NCBI GenBank assembly: GCA_965223415.1
Contig: OZ245002.1
Coordinates: 4,448,001 to 4,512,000, forward strand
Reading direction: 5' to 3'
Length of the DNA: 64,000 nt
Source: Myxococcota bacterium
Lineage (GTDB): Bacteria; Myxococcota_A; UBA9160; UBA6930
The notes below the pieces were generated by a model that worked only from the letters and a program-made list of their open reading frames with translations, searched no databases and was not told the DNA's origin. Made by a program: the position numbers and the translations under genes. Shown here one piece after another: positions 9,154-17,972 of this stretch; position 1 is the stretch's first letter, and the number at the start of each line of letters is the position of its first letter.

Positions 9154-10833
9154 ATGGCTCGCCTGAACCGCTTCTCGCGCCGTCTGACCCAGGAGAAAGC
9201 CCAGGGCGCCTCCCAGGCCATGCTCCACGCCGCCGGCCTCACCGATGCGGACATGGACAAGGCCCAGGTCGGCATCGTCGACATGGCCTACGAGGGCAAC
9301 CCCTGCAACATGCACCTCGGCCTGCTGGGCGAAGCCGTGAAGGAGGGTGTCGAAGAGGCGGACCTGGTGGGCCTGCGCTTCCACACCATCGGCGTGTCCG
9401 ACGGCATCTCCATGGGCACCGAAGGCATGAGCTTCTCGCTCCAGAGCCGCGACCTGATCGCGGACTCGATCGAGACGGTGATGGGCGCCCAGTTCTACGA
9501 CGCCAACGTCTCGATCCCGGGCTGCGACAAGAACATGCCCGGCTGCCTGATCGCCATGGCCCGGGTGAACCGGCCGGCCATCATGGTCTACGGCGGGACC
9601 ATCCGGGCGGGGCGGAGCACCTCCGGAAAGCCGATCGACGTGGTGTCCGCCTTCCAGAGCTACGGCGAGTACATCGCCGGCACGATCACCGACGAAGAGC
9701 GCCTCTCGGTCATCCACCGCGCCTGCCCCGGCGCCGGCGCCTGCGGCGGCATGTACACCGCGAACACCATGGCCAGCGCCATCGAAGCCATGGGGATGTC
9801 ATTGCCCTACAGCGCTTCGACACCTGCCGAGGACGGCCAGAAGATCGAAGAGTGCCGGCAGGCAGGCGCCGCGATCCGCAGGCTGCTCGAGCGGGACCTC
9901 AAGCCTCGCGACATCATGACGCGCCAGGCCTTCGAGAACGCGATGGTGGTGGGGATGGTGCTCGGTGGCTCCACGAACCTGGTGCTGCACCTGCTGGCCA
10001 TGGCACGGGCGGCCGGCGTCGCCCTCTCGATCGACGACTTCCAGGCGGTGAGCGATCGCACGCCGCTCCTGGCGGACTTCAAGCCCAGCGGTGAGTTCGT
10101 GATGGAGGATCTCCACAAGGTGGGCGGCACGCCGGCGGTGATGAAGCTGCTGCTCGAGCACGGGCTCCTGGACGGTGACTGCATGACCGTCACGGGACGA
10201 ACCCTCGCGGAGAACCTGGCGGAGCTTCCCGGGCTCTCCCGGGGCCAGCACGTGGTGCATCCCATCGACCATCCGATCAAGGAGACGGGCCACATCCGCA
10301 TCCTGAAGGGCAGCCTGGCTCCGGAGGGGGCCGTCGCGAAGATCACAGGCAAGGAGGGGCTCTCCTTCACCGGCCCCGCCCAGGTGTTCGACTGCGAGGA
10401 AGACATGGTCGCCGCGGCGGAAAAGGGAGAGATCCGCGAGGGCTCGGTGATCGTCATCCGCTACGAGGGGCCGAAGGGGGGGCCGGGCATGCCCGAGATG
10501 CTCTCGCCCACGTCGATCCTCATGGGTGCGGGGCTCGGCGACAAGGTCGCGCTCATCACCGACGGCCGCTTCAGCGGCGGCTCCCACGGCTTCATCATCG
10601 GCCACGTCACCCCGGAGGCCCAAGAGGGCGGGCCCATCGCCCTGGTGCGCGACGGCGACCGCCTGCACATCGACGCGAAGCAGAACCTGATCGAGGTCGA
10701 CCTCCCGCCGGAGGAGCTCGAGGGCCGCCGCGCCGCCTGGACCCCGCCGCCCGTGAAGGCGACCCGGGGCACGCTCTTCAAGTACATCAAGAACGTGAAG
10801 TCGGCGTCCGAGGGCTGCGTCACCGACGAGTAG
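9154..10833 (+). CDS. ilvD: Dihydroxy-acid dehydratase
   Basis: [46 protein letters not shown]. Confidence 0.97.
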   Translation: MARLNRFSRRLTQEKAQGASQAMLHAAGLTDADMDKAQVGIVDMAYEGNPCNMHLGLLGEAVKEGVEEADLVGLRFHTIGVSDGISMGTEGMSFSLQSRDLIADSIETVMGAQFYDANVSIPGCDKNMPGCLIAMARVNRPAIMVYGGTIRAGRSTSGKPIDVVSAFQSYGEYIAGTITDEERLSVIHRACPGAGACGGMYTANTMASAIEAMGMSLPYSASTPAEDGQKIEECRQAGAAIRRLLERDLKPRDIMTRQAFENAMVVGMVLGGSTNLVLHLLAMARAAGVALSIDDFQAVSDRTPLLADFKPSGEFVMEDLHKVGGTPAVMKLLLEHGLLDGDCMTVTGRTLAENLAELPGLSRGQHVVHPIDHPIKETGHIRILKGSLAPEGAVAKITGKEGLSFTGPAQVFDCEEDMVAAAEKGEIREGSVIVIRYEGPKGGPGMPEMLSPTSILMGAGLGDKVALITDGRFSGGSHGFIIGHVTPEAQEGGPIALVRDGDRLHIDAKQNLIEVDLPPEELEGRRAAWTPPPVKATRGTLFKYIKNVKSASEGCVTDE

Positions 10834-10849
10834 TCGGGGCCGGACGACC

Positions 10850-12301
10850 TTGAGCGACTCGAGTGGACTCGATGCCTGGGTGAACGACGCGGTCGCGCCC
10901 TGGGCCGAGGGCCTCTCGAGCTTGATTTTCTTCGAGGTGCCGGTACTCGGCGCCCAGCTGCCGCTGGTCGTGTTGTGGCTGGTGGTGGGCGCCGTCTGGT
11001 TCACGCTGATGTTCCGCTTCGTGAACCTGCGCGAGTTCGGCCGCGCCATCCGCATCGTGAGCGGCCGCACGCCGATCACCCACGACCCGGCCCACGGCGA
11101 AGTGACCCACTTCCAGGCCCTCGCGACGGCGGTGTCCGGCACCGTCGGCATCGGGAACATCGGCGGCGTGGCCGTGGCGATCTCCTTGGGCGGGCCCGGC
11201 GCCTCCTTCTGGCTCCTCGTCGCCGGCCTGCTCGGCATGTCGTCCAAGTTCGTCGAGTGCGCGTTGGGCGTGATCTACCGGCAGGAGCACGAGGACGGCT
11301 CGGTCTCCGGTGGGCCCATGTACTACCTCTCCCGCGGTCTCGCCGAGCGCGGCCTGCCGAGACTCGGACGCGCCATGGGCGCCTTCTACGCCGCCGGCAT
11401 CGTGATCGGCTGCATGGGCATCGGCAACATGTTCCAGTCGAACCAGGCCTTCGTGCAGCTCGTCACCGTGACCGGCGGGCCCGAGGCGAGCTGGCTGGCG
11501 GACAAGGGATGGCTGGTGGGCCTGGTCCTCGCCGTGCTGGTGGCGGTCGTCATCGTTGGTGGCATCCGCAGCATCGCGCGGGTGACCGAGAAGATCGTGC
11601 CCTTCATGGCCGGGCTCTACCTCTTCGGCTGCGCGGTCGTCCTCACGATGAACGCGGAAGCGCTGCCCTTCGCTCTCGGGCAGATCGTCGGCCAGGCCTT
11701 CGCGCCGGAGGCGGTCTCCGGCGGCGCACTCGGCGTGCTGATCATCGGCTTCAAGCGGGCCGTCTTCTCGAACGAGGCGGGCCTGGGCTCGGCCACCATC
11801 GCCCACGCGGCGGTGCGCACCGACGAGCCGATGACCGAAGGGCTCGTCGCGCTGCTCGAGCCCTTCATCGACACGGTGGTGATCTGCAGCGCCACTGCCC
11901 TCGTCATCGTGACGACCCTCTACTACGAGCCGGACCTCTTCGCTTCCGGGCTCGGCGGCGTCGAGATGACGTCGGCCGCCTTCGAACGGAGCCTGGCCTG
12001 GTCGCCGGCGCTGGTGGCGGTGGCGGCGCTGCTCTTCGCCTTCTCGACCATGCTCAGCTGGTCCTACTACGGCCTCAAGGGCTGGACCTATCTGGTGGGA
12101 GAGGGCCGCCGCCGGGCCCTCGGCTTCAACCTCGTCTTCTGCGTCTTCGTGGCGCTGGGCTGCATGGTGAAGCTCCAGGCCATCCTCGACTTCTCGGACG
12201 CCATGGTCTTCGTGCTGTGCGTGCCGAACGTGCTCGGGCTCTACCTGCTGGCCCCGGTCGTGCGCCGGGAGCTGGCCGGGTACTACCAGCGCCATCCCTA
12301 G
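10850..12301 (+). CDS. Alanine/glycine:cation symporter (AGCS family)
   Basis: FQALATAVSGTVGIGNIGGVA, GGPMYYL, FSNEAGLGS, PFIDTVVIC. Confidence 0.95.
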   Translation: MSDSSGLDAWVNDAVAPWAEGLSSLIFFEVPVLGAQLPLVVLWLVVGAVWFTLMFRFVNLREFGRAIRIVSGRTPITHDPAHGEVTHFQALATAVSGTVGIGNIGGVAVAISLGGPGASFWLLVAGLLGMSSKFVECALGVIYRQEHEDGSVSGGPMYYLSRGLAERGLPRLGRAMGAFYAAGIVIGCMGIGNMFQSNQAFVQLVTVTGGPEASWLADKGWLVGLVLAVLVAVVIVGGIRSIARVTEKIVPFMAGLYLFGCAVVLTMNAEALPFALGQIVGQAFAPEAVSGGALGVLIIGFKRAVFSNEAGLGSATIAHAAVRTDEPMTEGLVALLEPFIDTVVICSATALVIVTTLYYEPDLFASGLGGVEMTSAAFERSLAWSPALVAVAALLFAFSTMLSWSYYGLKGWTYLVGEGRRRALGFNLVFCVFVALGCMVKLQAILDFSDAMVFVLCVPNVLGLYLLAPVVRRELAGYYQRHP

Positions 12302-12349
12302 CCGGTGGATGCCCGGAAACCTGAATCAAAGCATAATGTTACGTGGTTA

Positions 12350-12378
12350 TTGACTAAGTCAATTGACTTAGTCAAAAT
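12350..12378 (+). promoter_or_regulatory. 26-bp perfect palindromic operator overlapping the promoter of the TetR gene
   Basis: TTGACTAAGTCAATTGACTTAGTCAA (12350-12375); TTGACT-17-CAAAAT then 6 nt to ATG 12385. Confidence 0.8.
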
Positions 12379-12384
12379 CGGCCG

Positions 12385-12981
12385 ATGCCCCATGCCCTCG
12401 GCCAGGAGGCGATTCGCGAGTTCCGCAGCGAGCTGTGCCGCGTCGCCGCCCGACGCTTCGCCGAGCTTGGCTACGCCGGGGTCACCCTGCGCGCCCTCGC
12501 GGACGAGCTCGGCTGCAGCCGCATGACCCCCTACCGCTACTTCAAGGACAAGGCGGACATCCTGGCCGCGGTGCAGGCGGAGGGCTTTCGGCGCCTCGCC
12601 GAGCTCCAGGAAGCGGCGGCCCCTGGCGCCGGCGACCCGGCGGCCCGGGTCCAGGCCGTCTCCCGCGCCTACCTCCGTTTCGCCGCCGAGGAGTCCGACC
12701 GCTACCGCCTGATGTTCGAGCTCGCCGCGCGGACCGAGCCCTCACCGGAGCTTCGGGAGCAGGCCCAGCGCAGCCAGCGCCCCCTGGTGGAAGCGGTGCG
12801 CGAGGCGGTGCGTGCCGGTGCCCTGGAGGGCGATCCCGTCACGGTGACCCATCTCCTGTGGGCCGCGCTCCACGGGCTCGCCTCCCTTCACCTCGCCGAC
12901 CACCTGCAGATGGGCCGCTCCTTCGAGCGGCTCTCGGACGAGCTGGTCGCCTTCCTGTCGCGCCCGACGAGGAGTGGATGA
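12385..12981 (+). CDS. TetR-family regulator (WHG-type C-terminus)
   Basis: GYAGVTLRALADELGCSRMTPYRYFKDK; LWAALHGLASL. Confidence 0.93.
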   Translation: MPHALGQEAIREFRSELCRVAARRFAELGYAGVTLRALADELGCSRMTPYRYFKDKADILAAVQAEGFRRLAELQEAAAPGAGDPAARVQAVSRAYLRFAAEESDRYRLMFELAARTEPSPELREQAQRSQRPLVEAVREAVRAGALEGDPVTVTHLLWAALHGLASLHLADHLQMGRSFERLSDELVAFLSRPTRSG

Positions 12982-13325
12982 TGGCTTTCGAGGACCTCGA
13001 GCGGGGACTGTTCCGCGCCGTGAACGCGGTCGCCGGCCCGCTCGTGCGGCGCGGGCTGGCCGGACCCTGCGTGACGCCGCTGGGCCTCGTCGTGCTCGAG
13101 CATACTGGCCGCAGCAGTGGTCGCACCTACGCGTCCCCCCTGCTCGCGCTTCGGCTCGGACGGCGCGTCGTCGTGACCACGGTGCGCGACGCGCGCTCCC
13201 AGTGGGTGCGCAATCTCGAGGCCGAGCCCGAGGCGCACCTCTGGCTGAACGGCCGCCGACGAGCCGTGCGCGCCGAGGTGCTTCGCCGCGAGGGGCTCGC
13301 CGTGTCGGTGCTCGAGCCGGCCTAG
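12978..13325 (+). CDS. Deazaflavin (F420)-dependent nitroreductase/FDOR-family protein
   Basis: VLEHTGRSSGRTYASPL...SQWVRNLEAEP; ATGA overlap with TetR. Confidence 0.8.
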   Translation: MMAFEDLERGLFRAVNAVAGPLVRRGLAGPCVTPLGLVVLEHTGRSSGRTYASPLLALRLGRRVVVTTVRDARSQWVRNLEAEPEAHLWLNGRRRAVRAEVLRREGLAVSVLEPA

Positions 13326-13849
13326 GTCTCCTGGAGCCCCCGGGCCATCAGGATCTTTCCCGAGCGCACGAGCTCGAGCAGGCCCTGGGGGCGCAGCAGC
13401 TCGATGAAGGCGTCGAGCTTCTCGCTGGCGCCGAAGACGCGCAGGATCAAGGACTCGTTTCCGTAGTCGACGACCTTGGCGCCAAAATGCTCGGCGATCT
13501 GGAGGATCTCGGTGCGCGACGAGAGCGGCGCCTCGACCTTGACCAGGGCGATCTCCGTCTCGTAGGCGTCGTCGCCGGTGTGGTCGATGGCGTGGACCAC
13601 GTCGACGAGCTTCGCGAGCTGCTTGATCATCTGCTCGAGGGTCGTGCTTTCCCCGGAGCAGGTGATCGTCATGCGCGAGAAGTCTCCGCGGGCCGCCGGG
13701 CTGACCACCAGGCTCTCGATGTTGTAGCCCCGCCGGGCGAACACCAGGGCGACGCGCACCAGCACGCCGGGCTTGTTGGTGACGTAGAGCGAGATGGTGT
13801 GGATCGGGCGCGCCTCGGCACGCCGCTCGACGAGATCAGGTGCTGCCAC
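13322..13849 (-). CDS. ilvH: Acetolactate synthase small subunit
   Basis: HTISLYVTNKPGVLVRVALVFARRGYNIESL, EIALVKV, ELVRSG; GTG 13849 after GGAGAGG. Confidence 0.95.
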   Translation of the reverse strand: MAAPDLVERRAEARPIHTISLYVTNKPGVLVRVALVFARRGYNIESLVVSPAARGDFSRMTITCSGESTTLEQMIKQLAKLVDVVHAIDHTGDDAYETEIALVKVEAPLSSRTEILQIAEHFGAKVVDYGNESLILRVFGASEKLDAFIELLRPQGLLELVRSGKILMARGLQET

Positions 13850-13900
13850 TGGGCCTCTCCATCTGGGTGAGATCAAGTGCTCCCACTGGGCCTCTCCATC
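13832..13900. repeat. 32-bp direct repeat (30/32, period 37) at the ilvB/ilvH junction
   Basis: gagatcaggtgctgccactgggcctctccatc (13832-13863) and gagatcaagtgctcccactgggcctctccatc (13869-13900). Confidence 0.93.
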
Positions 13901-15594
13901 CGCTCTTTGGGCGGCTCGATGATCATGTTCGCCACCGGGGCGCCCGCCGGGATCATCGGGAAGACGTTGTCTTCCTTCGCGACCTCGGCCACCAGCACCA
14001 CCGGACCGTCGTGCGCCCGGGCCTCCTGGATCTTGCGGTCGACGTCGCCGGGGCGGCGGATGCGCAGGCCTTTGACGCCGTAGGCCTCCGCCAGCTTCAC
14101 GAAGTCCGGGTTGCCCTCCAGGTCGACGCCCGAGAGCCGGTTCTCCCAGAAGAGCTCCTGCCACTGGCGGACCATGCCCAGGAAGTTGTTGTTGATCACG
14201 AGCACCTTCACCGCCAGGCCGTGGACGGCGGCGGTGGCGAGCTCGCAGAGGGTCATCTGGAAGCCGCCGTCGCCGACCACCGCCCAGACTTCCTTCTCCG
14301 GCCGCCCGAACTTCGCGCCGATGGCGGAAGGGAAGCCGAAGCCCATCGTGCCGGCGCCGCCGGAGGTGATCCAGTCCCGCCCGTTGCGGCTGCGGCAGAA
14401 CTGGGCGGCCCACATCTGGTGCTGGCCCACGTCGGCGGTGACGACCGCGTTGCCTTCGGTCAGGGCGTCGAGGCGGTCGAGTACGTGCTGGGCGCGCAAG
14501 CCGCCCTTCTTCGCGTACTTGAGCGGGTAGCGCTCGCGCCAGCCCTCGCAGGCGGCGAGCCACTCGGCGGTGTCGAGGGGTCCGACCTTGGGGAGCAGAT
14601 CTTCGAGCACCAGCCGGGCGTCGCCCAGCAGGCACACGTCGGGCCGCAGCACCTTGTTGAACTCCGAGGCATCCACGTCGAGGTGGATCTTCGCCGCGTC
14701 GACGCAGAACTCGTCGACCTTGCCCGTGATGCGGTCATCCCAGCGCGCGCCGATCGCGAAGATGAGGTCGCAGTTCACCACGGCCTTGTTCGCGTAGGCG
14801 GTGCCGTGCATGCCCAGCATGCCGAGGTGCAGGGGATGGGTCTCGTCGGCGGCTCCCTTGCCGAGGAGCGTGTTGACGATCGGCGCCCGCAGCGTCTCGG
14901 CGAGCTCCATGACCGCCTTGCCGGCGCCGGAGATGACCGCGCCGTGGCCGACGTAGAGGAGCGGTCGCCGCGAGCGACCGATCAGCTCCGCGGCGGCTTC
15001 GACGTCCAGCGGGTCCGCGTGCCCCGGCACCCGGTAGCCGGGCAGGTCGATCTCGGCCGCGTGGGGCGCGTCGCAGGGCGCCTCGCTCACGTCCTTCGGA
15101 ACGTCGATCAGGACCGGCCCCGGCCGGCCGGTGCTCGCCAGGTGGAACGACTCGCGCACGACGCGCGGGATGTCGTTCGGGTCGCGCACCAAGGTGCTGT
15201 ACTTCACGACGGGGTAGGTGATGCCGGTGACGTCCGCCTCCTGGAAGGCGTCCTTGCCCAGGTTGCTGGTGAGCGTCTGGCCGGAGATCACCACGATCGG
15301 CGCCGAGTCCATCTGGGCCGTCAGGAGGCCCGTCACGGTGTTGGTCGCGCCCGGGCCGGAGGTCACCAGCACGACGCCCGGCTTGCCCGTGGCGCGGGCG
15401 TAGCCGTCGGCCATGTGGGTGGCTCCCTGCTCGTGGCGCACCAGCACGAGCTGGATCGAGGAGTCGACCAGCGCATCGAAGATGGGGATGGCGGCGCCGC
15501 CCGAGAGGCCGAAGATGTACTCGACCCCTTCGCGCTCGAGGCAGCGGATCAGCACCTCGGCACCGTAGGGTGTGTTGTCGGGAGTCGGAGGCAT
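13873..15594 (-). CDS. ilvB: Acetolactate synthase large subunit
   Basis: RHEQGATHMADGYARATG, TSGPGATN, DAFQEAD, GMLGMHG, GDGGFQM, GMVRQWQ. Confidence 0.97.
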   Translation of the reverse strand: MPPTPDNTPYGAEVLIRCLEREGVEYIFGLSGGAAIPIFDALVDSSIQLVLVRHEQGATHMADGYARATGKPGVVLVTSGPGATNTVTGLLTAQMDSAPIVVISGQTLTSNLGKDAFQEADVTGITYPVVKYSTLVRDPNDIPRVVRESFHLASTGRPGPVLIDVPKDVSEAPCDAPHAAEIDLPGYRVPGHADPLDVEAAAELIGRSRRPLLYVGHGAVISGAGKAVMELAETLRAPIVNTLLGKGAADETHPLHLGMLGMHGTAYANKAVVNCDLIFAIGARWDDRITGKVDEFCVDAAKIHLDVDASEFNKVLRPDVCLLGDARLVLEDLLPKVGPLDTAEWLAACEGWRERYPLKYAKKGGLRAQHVLDRLDALTEGNAVVTADVGQHQMWAAQFCRSRNGRDWITSGGAGTMGFGFPSAIGAKFGRPEKEVWAVVGDGGFQMTLCELATAAVHGLAVKVLVINNNFLGMVRQWQELFWENRLSGVDLEGNPDFVKLAEAYGVKGLRIRRPGDVDRKIQEARAHDGPVVLVAEVAKEDNVFPMIPAGAPVANMIIEPPKERMERPSGST

Positions 15595-15737
15595 GAAGAC
15601 GCTCCGGAACGGGGGTTGGCTTCGGAATCCTAGGCGAGTCACCCTGGGATTCCAAGAAGAACTTGGTCATCCCGAGGGGACCATGCTGAACAATCGGGCA
15701 TTCAGAGGTCAAAATTGATAGCCCCCAGGGGATTCAA

Positions 15738-16931
15738 TTGAAGGATCGCTACCTCTACGACGTGACCCGCGAGCTCATCGGGGCCGACACGGTCAGCCAC
15801 CACGCCAGCGCACCAGCCATGGCGAGGCTGGCGAACCGCCTGGAGACGCTGGGCTTCTCCGTCCGTCTCCAGGAGTGGGACAAGGGCCGGAAGGCGAACC
15901 TGGTGGCCGTGGTCGGGCCCGAACGGGAGGGCGGCCTGGTGCTGTCGGGCCACGTGGACGTCGTGCCCTTCGAGGGCCAGCCCGGCTGGACCCGGGAGCC
16001 TCTGGCCCTCTCGGAGGAGGGCGAGCGGCTGTACGGCCGTGGGACGACCGACATGAAGGGCTTCCTCGCCCAGTGCCTGGCGGCGGCGCGTCGGCTCGAT
16101 CTCGAGCGGCTCGAGCGTCCGCTCGTCCTCCTCTTCACCTCCGACGAGGAGGTCGGCTGCCAGGGAGGTCGGCGCCTGGCCGACGAGCTGCCCGCGCTCC
16201 TCGGCGACTGCCCGCCGCCGCGTCTCGCCTGGATCGGCGAGCCGACCCGTTGGCAGGTCTTCCACGCCCACAAGGGCGTAGCCGGCTTCCAGGTCGAGGT
16301 GCGCGGCGAGGGCGGGCACAGCAGCCGGCCCGAGGAGGGCGTCAACGCCATCGCCGTCGCGGGGCGGGCGCTGGCCGTGATCGGCGAGCTGCAGGAGGCC
16401 CTGCGGCGGGAGGGGGGCTCGGCGGAGATGCGCACGCTCTTCCCCGAGGCGCCCTACGCGACCGTCAACTTCGGCACGATCGAGGGTGGCACGGCCGCCA
16501 ACATGATTGCGGAGGCCTGTCGCTTCACCGTCAGCTACCGACCGCTTCCCGACCAGGATCCCCAGGCGCTGCACCGGCGCGTACGGGAGGCCCTGGCGGC
16601 CCTCGACCCCCGCGACTGGGGCTCTCCCGGTCGCCGCGCCGAGCTCGCCGTCTCCGAGCCCTTCGTCGCGCCCGGCATGCTCTCGGCGCGGGGGACGGAC
16701 CTGGAGGCGGCGCTCTTCGCCGAGCTCGGCGTCTCTGGGTCCGGAGGGGCGCCGTTCTGCACGGACGGTGGGCAGTTCGCACGAGCGGGAATGGAGTGCC
16801 TGGTTTGCGGCCCCGGCGATCTGGACGAGGCCCATCAGCCCGACGAGAGCATCTCCCGCGCCGCCTTCGAGGCCGGCCCGGACCACGTCCTGGCCGTGGT
16901 GCGGCGCCTGCTCGGCGGCCGGGAGCGTTAG
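15738..16931 (+). CDS. argE: Acetylornithine deacetylase (M20 family)
   Basis: SGHVDVVP, GRGTTDMKG, DEEVGC, GEPT, GHSS, AHQPDE. Confidence 0.85.
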   Translation: MKDRYLYDVTRELIGADTVSHHASAPAMARLANRLETLGFSVRLQEWDKGRKANLVAVVGPEREGGLVLSGHVDVVPFEGQPGWTREPLALSEEGERLYGRGTTDMKGFLAQCLAAARRLDLERLERPLVLLFTSDEEVGCQGGRRLADELPALLGDCPPPRLAWIGEPTRWQVFHAHKGVAGFQVEVRGEGGHSSRPEEGVNAIAVAGRALAVIGELQEALRREGGSAEMRTLFPEAPYATVNFGTIEGGTAANMIAEACRFTVSYRPLPDQDPQALHRRVREALAALDPRDWGSPGRRAELAVSEPFVAPGMLSARGTDLEAALFAELGVSGSGGAPFCTDGGQFARAGMECLVCGPGDLDEAHQPDESISRAAFEAGPDHVLAVVRRLLGGRER

Positions 16932-17021
16932 ATCCGGCCCGCGCCCCCGGTGTGTCGATATCGGCTCCCCCTTCATTGGTTCCGACTTGAGTGGAGCACG
17001 GGGCCGCCCGATGAGTCCCCC

Positions 17022-17954
17022 GTGGCCACCCTGCTCATCATCGATGATTCGCCCCAGCAGCGCGCCGCCCTGCGGGACGCCCTGATGGAGGCGCAGCTCT
17101 TCGAGCAGATCCTGGAGGCCGAGGACGGCATCCAGGGCCTGAAGCTGCTGCTCTCGGAGCCAGTGGACCTGGTGGTCTGCGACCTGGAGATGCCGGGCCT
17201 CGACGGCGACAAGCTCATTCGGATGTCCACCTCCGCGAAGGCCCGGGCCGTGCCGTTCCTGATGCTGACCGGCGTCGAGGACGCCAAGCGGCGTGCGCGG
17301 CTGTTTCGCCAGGGCGCCCGGGATGTCATCACCAAGCCCTTCCACCCGCTCGACATGATCGCGCGCATCGAGCTGCACCTGGAGCTGATGCGCCTCCAGG
17401 ACGAGCTGGTGGAGAAGAACCAGCTGCTCGAGCGCCTGTCGACGACCGATCCGCTCACCGGCCTGCCGAATCGTCGCCACCTGAACCAGGCCCTCGATCG
17501 CGAGTTCCGGCGGGCGCGTCGCCAGAGCACGCCGCTCTCGGCGGTGATGGTCGACATCGACCACTTCAAGGCGGTCAACGACCAGCACGGCCACGCCTCC
17601 GGCGACGCGATGATCCGCGCCGTCGGCGAGGCGCTCACGTCCCGTCTGCGCGCCACCGACGTCGGTGGCCGCTTCGGCGGCGAGGAGTTCCTGATGCTGC
17701 TGTGCGGGCCCGCCGAAGGCGCGCAGGTGCTGGCCGAGCGCTGTCGCGCCGAGGTGGAGCGACTCGTGGTGGACGCGGAGGACGGAACGCCGATCCAGGT
17801 GACCGCGAGCCTGGGCGTTGCCACCTACAGGGAGTCGATGGCGACGCCGGAGGCCCTGGTGTCCGCCGCGGACCAGGCCCTCTACCAGGCCAAGTCCCGC
17901 GGCCGCAATCAGGTCGTCGTCGACCCGGCGTCCCTGGAAGCCGCCGGGGATTGA
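17022..17954 (+). CDS. Response-regulator diguanylate cyclase (REC-GGDEF)
   Basis: IIDDS, CDLEMP, KPF; TDPLTGLPNRR, DIDHFKAVND, RATD I-site, GGEEF. Confidence 0.93.
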   Translation: MATLLIIDDSPQQRAALRDALMEAQLFEQILEAEDGIQGLKLLLSEPVDLVVCDLEMPGLDGDKLIRMSTSAKARAVPFLMLTGVEDAKRRARLFRQGARDVITKPFHPLDMIARIELHLELMRLQDELVEKNQLLERLSTTDPLTGLPNRRHLNQALDREFRRARRQSTPLSAVMVDIDHFKAVNDQHGHASGDAMIRAVGEALTSRLRATDVGGRFGGEEFLMLLCGPAEGAQVLAERCRAEVERLVVDAEDGTPIQVTASLGVATYRESMATPEALVSAADQALYQAKSRGRNQVVVDPASLEAAGD

Positions 17955-17972
17955 GCGCGGCGCCGGCGCGAC

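Noticed and set aside
15595..15737. Classical ilv leader-peptide attenuator
   Set aside because: No short Ile/Leu/Val-rich ORF and no U-tailed terminator.
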